From: a virus | Taxonomy: Duplodnaviria; Caudoviricetes | Virus record (IMG/VR): IMGVR_UViG_3300015050_000645 | Coordinates: 1-26,691 of that record | Strand: one strand, 5' to 3' | DNA: 26,691 bases | Part shown: positions 1-6,844 of the stretch, in pieces | Numbering within the stretch: position 1 is the stretch's first letter | Layout of the letters: the number at the start of each line of letters is the position of its first letter | Program-made: the position numbers and the translations under genes | Notes under the pieces: model-generated | The model's database searches: none | What the model saw: only the letters and a program-made list of their open reading frames with translations | Told to the model about the DNA's origin: nothing

Positions 1-1
1 C

Positions 2-739
2 GAAATCACGCGAGCGATGGGCTATGAGTACCTTGACGCCTGCGTTCAAGCCGGACGGCCGGAAAAGGGCAACAAGGAAATTGCACTGGCGCGGCTGATT
101 TTGGAATTTGGATTGCGCAAGCGGGCGCTGGAGTCAAACCCGTTCGACAAGCTGACAAAGAACCGCACCGTGAAGGAGCGGCGGCTTGTGTCCGATGTGG
201 AGTTGGAGCTTGCTGTGGAGGTAGGCCGCAAGCTGGGCGGCTCGCGTCACATTGTGGCGATGGGCCTGAAAACTGCTTGGTTGTGCGTGCGCCGGTCCGT
301 GGAGGTGCGCAGACTCAAGCGGGACGGAATTCGTGAGGACGGGATGCTTTGGGAGGATGGCAAGAGCAAGACCAAGGCGGCGGTGCTGATCGAGTGGAGC
401 CCCGAGCTGCGGGAGACGATCACCGAAGCCCTGGCAATCAAGCGCAACAATGTCGCCGGGACCATGTACGTGTTCGGCAACATGCAAGGCCAGCCGTACA
501 CAAAGGGCGGCTGGAAGGCGATGCTGGATGACCTGATGCGAGAGTGCGTGAAGGTGGCGGCAGAGCGCAAGATTGAATTCAAGCGGTTCAGCCTGCAAGA
601 CTGCCGCCCGAAAGGCGTATCTGACAAGCTGGAGCGCGGCGACCTAGACACCAAGCAGGCCACCGGCCACAGCAGCGACAAGATGATTGATACGGTCTAT
701 GACCGCCGAGCTTTTAAACGTGCGACGCCTGCGGGCTGA
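2..739 (+). CDS. int: Tyrosine recombinase (phage integrase), C-terminal part; 5' end lies outside the window
   Basis: Frame is open from the window edge. Catalytic-domain pattern: R in CVRRSVEV, K in GKSKTK, QDCR at the HxxR position, ATGH, Y in DTVYDRR. Lies next to a tRNA-derived att core. Confidence 0.9.
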   Translation, partial: EITRAMGYEYLDACVQAGRPEKGNKEIALARLILEFGLRKRALESNPFDKLTKNRTVKERRLVSDVELELAVEVGRKLGGSRHIVAMGLKTAWLCVRRSVEVRRLKRDGIREDGMLWEDGKSKTKAAVLIEWSPELRETITEALAIKRNNVAGTMYVFGNMQGQPYTKGGWKAMLDDLMRECVKVAAERKIEFKRFSLQDCRPKGVSDKLERGDLDTKQATGHSSDKMIDTVYDRRAFKRATPAG

Positions 740-742
740 GAT

Positions 743-1165
743 ATGGAAACTGAAACACCTAAACAATACGCCACCAGCGAGGCTCAGCGCGCTTACAGCA
801 ATGGATATGCGGCAGGGGTGCGGCGTGCGGCGCATTCACTCAAGATCCTGCGGGCGAAACTCGCGAAGTTGCGCAAGAGCCAGCTAGTGGCGCCAACTCC
901 CGCCGTCCCGAGCCAGAGCCAAAAAATGAAAATGGATGGCTGGATTAGTTTTCGTACTCGCCTACCGAACCGCGCTGACGCAACGGACGGCGGACAGATT
1001 GAACTGATGAGCGCAGGCGGCGGAACGCGGTCCGGAATGTGGGACTGGGTGAACACCGCAGATCTGTGGGAGGTCAACGGATTCGTTATGTGGCACCCCC
1101 TCAACTGGAATCCATATTCCAAAGTCTGTGGATCAGATTCCAAAAACCAAAACGGGCTCCAGTGA
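743..1165 (+). CDS. Hypothetical phage protein (140 aa) between int and the att core
   Basis: ATG 3 nt after the int stop; phage-like WISFRTRLP motif; the 3' end runs over the left arm repeats. Confidence 0.6.
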   Translation: METETPKQYATSEAQRAYSNGYAAGVRRAAHSLKILRAKLAKLRKSQLVAPTPAVPSQSQKMKMDGWISFRTRLPNRADATDGGQIELMSAGGGTRSGMWDWVNTADLWEVNGFVMWHPLNWNPYSKVCGSDSKNQNGLQ

Positions 1166-1182
1166 TGAGGCTGAAGCCCGTT
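1143..1182 (-). terminator. Intrinsic terminator downstream of the tRNA 3' end
   Basis: Inverted repeat AACGGGCT (1151-1158)/AGCCCGTT (1175-1182), followed on the minus strand by a T-rich run. Confidence 0.65.
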
Positions 1183-1199
1183 GATTCCATTATGAATTC

Positions 1200-1249
1200 T
1201 GGCGGAGTGGACGGGACTCGAACCCGCGACCCCCGGCGTGACAGGCCGG
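1200..1249 (-). mobile_element. att core (probably attP): 3' 50 nt of tRNA-Asp(GTC); not a complete tRNA
   Basis: Reverse complement CCGGCCTGTCACGCCGGGGGTCGCGGGTTCGAGTCCCGTCCACTCCGCCA has the anticodon arm (GTC), T arm and CCA. The D arm and 5' acceptor strand are absent. Confidence 0.9.
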
Positions 1250-1370
1250 AGCCAATACCCAATGTTTATGCGGAAAGTAGCTATTCCGCATATTCCAAAG
1301 TTCGCCGAAACACGCTGCAGTTTCCCTGTAGGTGGGTCGGCGCTATTCCAAAGTTTTTAAGGAGTGAGTG

Positions 1371-1811
1371 ATGAGCGCAGAAGAGGATAAGCAGCGCTTG
1401 CTGACGGAAATGGATTCGCTAATGCGCAGCCTTCGCCAGTGCGACACGCAGGCGACGGCCGTTGCATGGATGACTCGTGCATATAACGCCATGGACGGCG
1501 CGTCCCGCCTTGTCCGCGACTTGGAGCGCATGGCGCGCGAAGATGCCTCCGAGCGGCGTGGGCTGATTTTTCAGATTCCCATGCCGAAATTGGAGATTGT
1601 CCAGTCAATCCCGGCGAGCATAGCGCATCGCCATGTCGAGAAGAAAAGCCCGAACTATCAGCGCCAGAACGGGCAGACGGTTGTTTACCCCGATTTTTTC
1701 CTACACCCCGGACTCAAGAAAGAGCCGCGCCCATGGACGCGAGAGGACACGCGGAAACTTGAGGCGGCTGCGAAACACAGTCCGCGCCGCATCGTGCACA
1801 AAAGCCAATGA
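1371..1811 (+). CDS. Hypothetical protein
   Basis: AAGGAG at 1359-1364 before the ATG; ATGA overlap with the next gene. Confidence 0.7.
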   Translation: MSAEEDKQRLLTEMDSLMRSLRQCDTQATAVAWMTRAYNAMDGASRLVRDLERMAREDASERRGLIFQIPMPKLEIVQSIPASIAHRHVEKKSPNYQRQNGQTVVYPDFFLHPGLKKEPRPWTREDTRKLEAAAKHSPRRIVHKSQ

Positions 1812-2125
1812 AAGAACTATCCCTGCGCCCCTATCATGGGCGCCTTTTCATCACGCGTTCCCGCAAGGAGTACGAGCGCCAACACCAACTGTTGTTCAAG
1901 ACGCCGGACGTTCTCTCCTGCGCGCAGGCTGGCCGCTTCAATGGCGGCGAGGGCCGGGACGGTATGTGGACCTACCTGATATTTGCCGACAAGCCGCACA
2001 CCCTAGCCCACGAAATCAGCCATTGCGTGCTGCACGTCTTTGAGCGCTGCGGCATTGACCCGCGGGAGGCTAAAGGCGAGCCGTTTTGCTACATGCTCAG
2101 CCAATTGCTGCTTGAGGCCAAATAA
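1808..2125 (+). CDS. Small HExxH (zincin-like) phage protein
   Basis: TLAHEISHCV motif with a downstream E (EPFCY); translationally coupled to the upstream gene. Confidence 0.75.
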   Translation: MKELSLRPYHGRLFITRSRKEYERQHQLLFKTPDVLSCAQAGRFNGGEGRDGMWTYLIFADKPHTLAHEISHCVLHVFERCGIDPREAKGEPFCYMLSQLLLEAK

Positions 2126-2135
2126 CCCTCGCGCC

Positions 2136-2472
2136 CGCGAATACACCCATAAGGAGTAAGTGATGAGCAAAGTGATCGAATTTGACGGTGGCTACGGACG
2201 CACCGGCACGGTAGAAGTTGAAGTGGCGATTTGCTGCGCCTGCAAGAAAAGCAAGCTCTGCCTTGTTATTGACCAGTCCGAGAAGGAGTATGAGCCGGGC
2301 TCGATTTGCAACGACTGCGCCGCGGCAATGTTTGCAGAACAGACCAGGTTATTTTCCATCGTGGGCAACCCCACAATACCTGATGGCATGGCGGTTTTCG
2401 TGGACAAGGACGGCAAGGAGGTCGGGCGCATCATTGGGCTCAATTGACCCTCACGCGCGAATACACCCATAA
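2136..2472. repeat. 17-bp direct repeat CGCGAATACACCCATAA (2136-2152 and 2456-2472) flanking gene 2163-2447
   Basis: Exact match read from the sequence; each copy is preceded by ACCCTC overlapping or following a stop codon. Confidence 0.85.
2163..2447 (+). CDS. Hypothetical protein with two CxxC motifs (possible zinc ribbon)
   Basis: AAGGAG at 2151-2156; CCAC and CNDC motifs. Confidence 0.75.
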   Translation: MSKVIEFDGGYGRTGTVEVEVAICCACKKSKLCLVIDQSEKEYEPGSICNDCAAAMFAEQTRLFSIVGNPTIPDGMAVFVDKDGKEVGRIIGLN

Positions 2473-2555
2473 CACCTCACACGCAATCGGTGGATTAGTT
2501 ACACCCTGAATCCAGCCTCGGTGCTATGTTGGAGGGCTAACTACCGGAGTGAGCA

Positions 2556-2660
2556 ATGGGGAACTTAAGCACCTTGCCGTGGTGGCAATTGATGGGGCTG
2601 GGCGTCTTGGTTGGCGCCGGTTTGGTGATGTTCATACGCTGGGTCCAGCGCAAGAAGTAG
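2556..2660 (+). CDS. 34-aa single-pass membrane micro-protein (not in the ORF track)
   Basis: MGNLSTLPWWQLMGLGVLVGAGLVMFIRWVQRKK: hydrophobic helix plus basic tail; GGAG upstream; TGcTATGTT extended -10-like motif at 2522-2530. Confidence 0.65.
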   Translation: MGNLSTLPWWQLMGLGVLVGAGLVMFIRWVQRKK

Positions 2661-2735
2661 TCAGTCGATCAGCACTGCGGCGATACAAAAGCCGGCGATG
2701 ATGCCGATCAGCAAGCCGAGCGTAAAGGCCGTCAT
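2661..2735 (-). CDS. 24-aa hydrophobic peptide at the end of the lysis cassette (not in the ORF track)
   Basis: MTAFTLGLLIGIIAGFCIAAVLID; ATGA overlap with the upstream gene's stop. Confidence 0.55.
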   Translation of the reverse strand: MTAFTLGLLIGIIAGFCIAAVLID

Positions 2736-3256
2736 TTGATGGCTGGCGTCAGGGCCAGCATCCGGGTCTTTTCCTCGCTCTGGCGCGTTGTACCCAACCA
2801 GAAGGCCACCGCGCTACCAGCAAAACCGCTTAGCTGCCCGATCATGTAAATGATGAGGTCGCGGTTCTCGGTCGGGATGGGGATGAACAGCAGGGCTACC
2901 AGCGTGCAGGCAAACGAAGTCAGGATGCCGGCAGTGATGACCGCAGGCATGAAGGACTTGTTCTCCATCTGCATTTTTCGGGCGCTATCCCTGTCGCCTG
3001 CCGCGATGGCCTCAAGGTCTTTGATGTTCTGAAAGCCAAGTGCCTGCATCTGCAAGGAGAAGTTCTGGTCGGCCTCCTTGAGTGCGAGCAGGGTTTCCGG
3101 GCTGGCTCCCATGATGGCGCCCTTGACGGCTTCCACGGTCTTGTCATTCAAGCCCAGTGCGTTTGCAGCGGCTTCCACAGCCATGCCGCCCAGCGGCCCG
3201 CCGATGGCAGTCCCGATCCAGGGCGCCACGGTTGCGATGATTTTGGTCCAGTCCAT
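2732..3256 (-). CDS. Membrane lysis-cassette protein (3TM holin-like)
   Basis: MDWTKIIATVAPWIGTAIGGPLGG N-terminus, DRDSARK motif and two C-terminal TM helices; TAATG overlap with the endolysin. Confidence 0.7.
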   Translation of the reverse strand: MDWTKIIATVAPWIGTAIGGPLGGMAVEAAANALGLNDKTVEAVKGAIMGASPETLLALKEADQNFSLQMQALGFQNIKDLEAIAAGDRDSARKMQMENKSFMPAVITAGILTSFACTLVALLFIPIPTENRDLIIYMIGQLSGFAGSAVAFWLGTTRQSEEKTRMLALTPAIK

Positions 3257-3681
3257 TATTGCCAAGCTCCTGTTTCCATCTGGTCAGAGATCCGCTTTGC
3301 GCGGGCCGGGGTTTGCTTTGCCCATGTCGAATCAAGCATTCCAGCCGCTGCGCCGGCATAGTCGCCTGCCTTGACCATTGCCAACGTGTTTTTGAAGCCC
3401 AGCAGCCCGTCCACACCCATCTGGAAGGCCATGTTGAGCAGCGCGCCGAAGCGGGCCGCGTCAAGGTTCGCCATCCACGGAGCGCGGCGCAACAGTTCGG
3501 CTTCACGCTTGTCAATGTCGTTGGACAGCAGGTAGGCCGATTCCTCTGCCGTGATCCCGCCGCCCTTGCGCTTGTCGATCAGCCGGCCGACGCCGATGGT
3601 TAGATACCCGAGGTGATCAGGATAGGCGGTTAAAACCTCGCCCTCATCCCGCCGCAATTGCTTGGTCAGTTCAGCTTTCAT
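3256..3681 (-). CDS. Endolysin, T4-like GH24 lysozyme
   Basis: E-x8-D-x5-T catalytic triad (DEGEVLTAYPDHLGYLTIGVG), NMAFQMG and WAKQTPARA motifs. Confidence 0.93.
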   Translation of the reverse strand: MKAELTKQLRRDEGEVLTAYPDHLGYLTIGVGRLIDKRKGGGITAEESAYLLSNDIDKREAELLRRAPWMANLDAARFGALLNMAFQMGVDGLLGFKNTLAMVKAGDYAGAAAGMLDSTWAKQTPARAKRISDQMETGAWQ

Positions 3682-3950
3682 CGCTTCGACTCCAATGCTT
3701 TAATGCTCGCGTCGTGGCCGTCCACCCGGAACTTGAGCAGGTTCACTTCCCTGTCCAGCAGGTTCACCGAGTTGTTGCCGCTCTTGACCAGGATCTGCAA
3801 TTCTTCGACCGCCTTTTGAGTGGCGAGGCCGTTGAAGTACATCCCCACAAGGACCAGCAGGCCCACGCCGAGAACGGAAAGAACGCCCCAGAGGGGAACG
3901 CTGTAGTCAATGGTCACCCGCGTGCTGGTGATTGGTTGAGGTTCGCTCAT
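3678..3950 (-). CDS. Single-TM protein with coiled-coil tail, putative holin
   Basis: TM segment VPLWGVLSVLGVGLLVLVGMYF; ATGA-coupled to the endolysin. Confidence 0.6.
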   Translation of the reverse strand: MSEPQPITSTRVTIDYSVPLWGVLSVLGVGLLVLVGMYFNGLATQKAVEELQILVKSGNNSVNLLDREVNLLKFRVDGHDASIKALESKR

Positions 3951-3981
3951 TCGGGCGGGGCTTTCTAAGTTGTCGAGACGT

Positions 3982-4006
3982 AAAAAAGCCCGCTCAGTGG
4001 CGGGCT
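3982..4006 (-). terminator. Intrinsic terminator upstream of the lysis genes
   Basis: AGCCCGC-CACTGA-GCGGGCT followed by a T run on the minus strand. Confidence 0.8.
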
Positions 4007-4028
4007 GTGTGGGTTGTATGATTTGTCA

Positions 4029-4946
4029 ATGAACAAAGAACTTGAAACGGGACAGCTTTTCGGCAACCTTTTCGCGGCCTACGACGACGAAAACTTTAAG
4101 TTTTCCGTTGACCTTTTCGAGCGGCGGTTTCGTGATGGCGGCTTCGATCTTGAGTGGTTCAAGGGGAAAACCTGTTTGGATGCTGGCTGCGGTGGCGGTC
4201 GGTACAGCATCGCTATGGCCAAGCTCGGCGCGGCTGCTGTCACCGGTATCGACCTGAGCGAAGTCGGAATCGCTGATGCCAAGCGCCGCGCCGCCGACCT
4301 GGGCGCGGGGCATGTCAAGTTCGATGTCGGCTCCGTGACCGCCCTGCCCTACGCCGACAGTTCCTTCGATTGCGTGATCTCCAGCGGCGTGCTGATGCAC
4401 ACTACAAACCCGGTCGGCGTGATGAGTGAACTCGCCCGCGTCCTGAAACCTGGCGGGATGCTGTACATGCTGGTTTACGCCACGGAGGGCCTGCGATGGC
4501 CGCTGGTTCAAATGCTGCGCCCCATCGCTCAGCACATCGGGTTTGAAGCCATGGACGCTGCCGTTGCGAAGGCGGGAATGCCCGTTAACCGGCGCCGCAC
4601 CTACCTTGATGACCTGTTCGTTCCCTGCATCGACTTCTACACTTGGCAATGCCTCGAAGGCATGCTTGCAGCGAATGGCTTGCACAACGCGCAGCGCTGG
4701 ACGAAAGGCCGACTGGATCAGGAGGAAACGCTCGATACCTACGCGAAGGATCTGAGCGGCTTCCTTGAGGTATTTCAGGCAATCCCCGGCGATGCTGCGC
4801 GCCGTGCGGTGGCCATCTGTCAGAGCGTTCTGGACCACGCCAGCGCAATTGCCGAAGACGTGCGCGCCGGTAAGCTTACCGAACCAGAAGGCCGGGAAAT
4901 TGCGATTGGACAAGGGCATCATCGTTTCACAGCCTGGAAGCGCTAG
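4029..4946 (+). CDS. Class I SAM-dependent methyltransferase (UbiE/Methyltransf_11-like fold), moron
   Basis: Motif I CLDAGCGGGRYS, GIDLSE, LPYADSSFDCVIS, LARVLKPGG; opposite strand to the late operon. Confidence 0.92.
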   Translation: MNKELETGQLFGNLFAAYDDENFKFSVDLFERRFRDGGFDLEWFKGKTCLDAGCGGGRYSIAMAKLGAAAVTGIDLSEVGIADAKRRAADLGAGHVKFDVGSVTALPYADSSFDCVISSGVLMHTTNPVGVMSELARVLKPGGMLYMLVYATEGLRWPLVQMLRPIAQHIGFEAMDAAVAKAGMPVNRRRTYLDDLFVPCIDFYTWQCLEGMLAANGLHNAQRWTKGRLDQEETLDTYAKDLSGFLEVFQAIPGDAARRAVAICQSVLDHASAIAEDVRAGKLTEPEGREIAIGQGHHRFTAWKR

Positions 4947-5293
4947 GCGTGAATCCCGGCAGGGTCGAGGGCGTCCAATTCCTGCCGGAACCGCAAACAC
5001 AGTGCAGCGCGCTCAGTGCCCCCTTGTATGTGGCGGCGCAGTCGGCGCGTTACGGTTAGCTCACGCGGGAATTCCCGCAAGATCACGGTCATGTGAACCA
5101 CGTTGCACAGCAGGTCCAGCAGGTAGCCGCGCGCCAAGATGTATGAGCCGATGATTGTCTGCAGCCTTGTCAGCCCAACCGTGTTGCGTACCCGCTTGAA
5201 GTTCATCACGGCTGCGTAGTCGGAGAAAAGTTGCCCCGGCGCGAAGATCAGCAGTAGGGCAAGTAGGACTATTTCGATGTAAAGGAAAATCAC
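4943..5293 (-). CDS. Hypothetical phage membrane-associated protein downstream of the tail fibre genes
   Basis: GTGA overlap with the upstream stop; hydrophobic N-terminus; EFPRELTVTRRLRRH segment. Confidence 0.6.
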   Translation of the reverse strand: MIFLYIEIVLLALLLIFAPGQLFSDYAAVMNFKRVRNTVGLTRLQTIIGSYILARGYLLDLLCNVVHMTVILREFPRELTVTRRLRRHIQGGTERAALCLRFRQELDALDPAGIHA

Positions 5294-5610
5294 AACAACA
5301 CCTCCTTTGCGCGGATTGCGGCTTCGAGAAGCTCGCACTCGCGGAAAAACTTGTTCTTGCTGCGGTTGTACGCAGTGACAGCCGCCAAAGATTGGCCTGT
5401 TGCGGTAGCTTGCGCCTGGCATAGCGCATTGGACGCAAGCAGGCAGTTCCAAACGTCCTCGCGGGTAACACCTTTGCTCGCCAGCATCCATCCAATTTCC
5501 TGTTGAATTGTTGGAGGCGGTGTACTAGCAATTACATCCAATTCTTCCTGCGTGTATTCACGCGTGGTTTCTTGGCCCGTGGAGAGATCAATGACGCGGA
5601 CATTGGTCAT
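5290..5610 (-). CDS. Tail fibre-associated (assembly/chaperone-like) protein
   Basis: ATG 4 nt after the fibre stop; N-terminus VIDLSTGQETTREYTQEE is typical of genes following tail fibres. Confidence 0.6.
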   Translation of the reverse strand: MTNVRVIDLSTGQETTREYTQEELDVIASTPPPTIQQEIGWMLASKGVTREDVWNCLLASNALCQAQATATGQSLAAVTAYNRSKNKFFRECELLEAAIRAKEVLL

Positions 5611-5614
5611 GATT

Positions 5615-6655
5615 TCACTCGTAAATAATGTTGACCGAGCCAGCGTCAAAGGTTTGCCCGCCCGTGATCAGCAGCCGGATCATGTCAAGCGCGCCGGCCA
5701 AAGTTACCGACCCAGCGGCGACGATCACCCCGGCGTTGCCGTCCAGCACGGCGACGACGCTTGACATCGAATACGAGTTTCCGGTGAGTTTGACAATTTG
5801 AATGTTGCCGTGCAGCGTATTCCCAGCGCCGCCGCCTACAACCCCCACCAACAAACTGGCTGTAGATGGATTGGCAGTCCCGCCCACCAGTTGATTCTGT
5901 GTTTTGTACCCCGTCGTGGTGGGGACCCCGCCAGTGCCAAGTTGTATAGCGGGGCTATCGACGCCTGTAACACTCACGCCCACTAAGGAAACATTGATGC
6001 GCCTCACCCATGATGGGATGGATGTAAAGTCAATAGCTGACCCCGATGTAGCGACTACCGCCGTGCCGGCGGTCAAAACGGATACCGGCAGCGAGGTATT
6101 AGTTGCCGAGATAAGGCCATAGCTGACTTGCGACAGGCCCGAATCCAAGACCCCGGAATCGTTGAAGACTGTTACGGTGGTCACCCCCGCAGCAAAAGCG
6201 GAAGTTCTGATCGTGCTGTAGATGGTGCCGCCAGTGTTAATGGTTTTCAAACGGCGGCGAACCTGGAAGGTATTGGTCTGATCCCCGACCACAGAAAAGC
6301 TGGTGGCGCTGATGTAGGTCGGTGCTGCGCCGTACAAAACCCACTGATCGGCAGCCGTGGCTGTATCGCCAATGCCAGAAACATCATCGAACGTGGACTG
6401 GACGACACCAAGTGCGTTCTTGACGATGAACTTCAGCGGGACGCCGCCCAGAAGCCACACCGGGCCGTTGGTGGGGTAGCCCAAGCTGTTCAGGGTCATC
6501 ACCACACCCTGAGCCGTGCCGCCCGTGTCGTCGGTGTACGTCGTTTCGGGCGTGGTTGTGCCGGCCAGATAGGTTTCAATCGTGCCTCCGACGAGCGGAT
6601 CGCCGTTGGCGTCGATGATCTGGGTATTGCCTAGCGGAGAGAAAAAATACGCCAT
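5615..6655 (-). CDS. Tail fibre/spike with N-terminal virion-attachment domain
   Basis: DANGDPLVGGTIETYLAGTTTP N-terminus typical of podophage fibres; Gly/Thr/Ser-rich beta C-terminus; CAGGAG RBS. Confidence 0.85.
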   Translation of the reverse strand: MAYFFSPLGNTQIIDANGDPLVGGTIETYLAGTTTPETTYTDDTGGTAQGVVMTLNSLGYPTNGPVWLLGGVPLKFIVKNALGVVQSTFDDVSGIGDTATAADQWVLYGAAPTYISATSFSVVGDQTNTFQVRRRLKTINTGGTIYSTIRTSAFAAGVTTVTVFNDSGVLDSGLSQVSYGLISATNTSLPVSVLTAGTAVVATSGSAIDFTSIPSWVRRINVSLVGVSVTGVDSPAIQLGTGGVPTTTGYKTQNQLVGGTANPSTASLLVGVVGGGAGNTLHGNIQIVKLTGNSYSMSSVVAVLDGNAGVIVAAGSVTLAGALDMIRLLITGGQTFDAGSVNIIYE

Positions 6656-6670
6656 AGGGCTCCTGAAATG

Positions 6671-6701
6671 AAAAAAGCCGCCAGGATTGCGCCGGGCGGC
6701 T
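6671..6701 (-). terminator. Intrinsic terminator after the ejection-protein genes
   Basis: AGCCGCC...GGCGGCT stem followed by a T run on the minus strand. Confidence 0.75.
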
Positions 6702-6712
6702 AAAATTGCGGT

Positions 6713-6844
6713 ATGAACAGACCTGACTACTCAGACCTTGAGGCTTCGGAATCAGCGGGGCACGTTTTTGGCTTCCTTGGCCCGTTAGTCCTGATTGCTA
6801 TTGCTGTCGTGCTTATAGTCTTGGGCGCTATCGCCGTTTTTTAG
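6713..6844 (+). CDS. 43-aa C-terminally anchored membrane micro-protein (not in the ORF track), candidate superinfection-exclusion moron
   Basis: MNRPDYSDLEASESAGHVFGFLGPLVLIAIAVVLIVLGAIAVF; fills the gap exactly; TAAAAT at 6701-6706 just upstream of the ATG. Confidence 0.65.
   Translation: MNRPDYSDLEASESAGHVFGFLGPLVLIAIAVVLIVLGAIAVF

Larger units (their letters stand above)
1115..1354. repeat. Direct repeats TATTCCAAAGT (1115-1125, 1291-1301, 1344-1354; variant ATTCCAAAAA 1137-1146), putative integrase arm-type sites
   Basis: Three exact 11-bp copies plus one variant, on both sides of the tRNA-derived core. Confidence 0.75.

Noticed and set aside
1200-1275. Functional tRNA-Asp gene
   Set aside because: Similarity stops at 1249; the D arm and 5' acceptor strand are missing, so it is an att core.
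1115-2472. CRISPR-like mini-array from the short direct repeats
   Set aside because: Repeats are 11-17 bp, irregularly spaced and of two different types; no cas genes.
4026-5000. 324-aa minus-strand ORF
   Set aside because: Antisense shadow of the methyltransferase with no recognisable motifs.
5615-6655. Diversity-generating retroelement or invertible tail-fibre cassette
   Set aside because: No reverse transcriptase, invertase or duplicated fibre segment was seen in this window.
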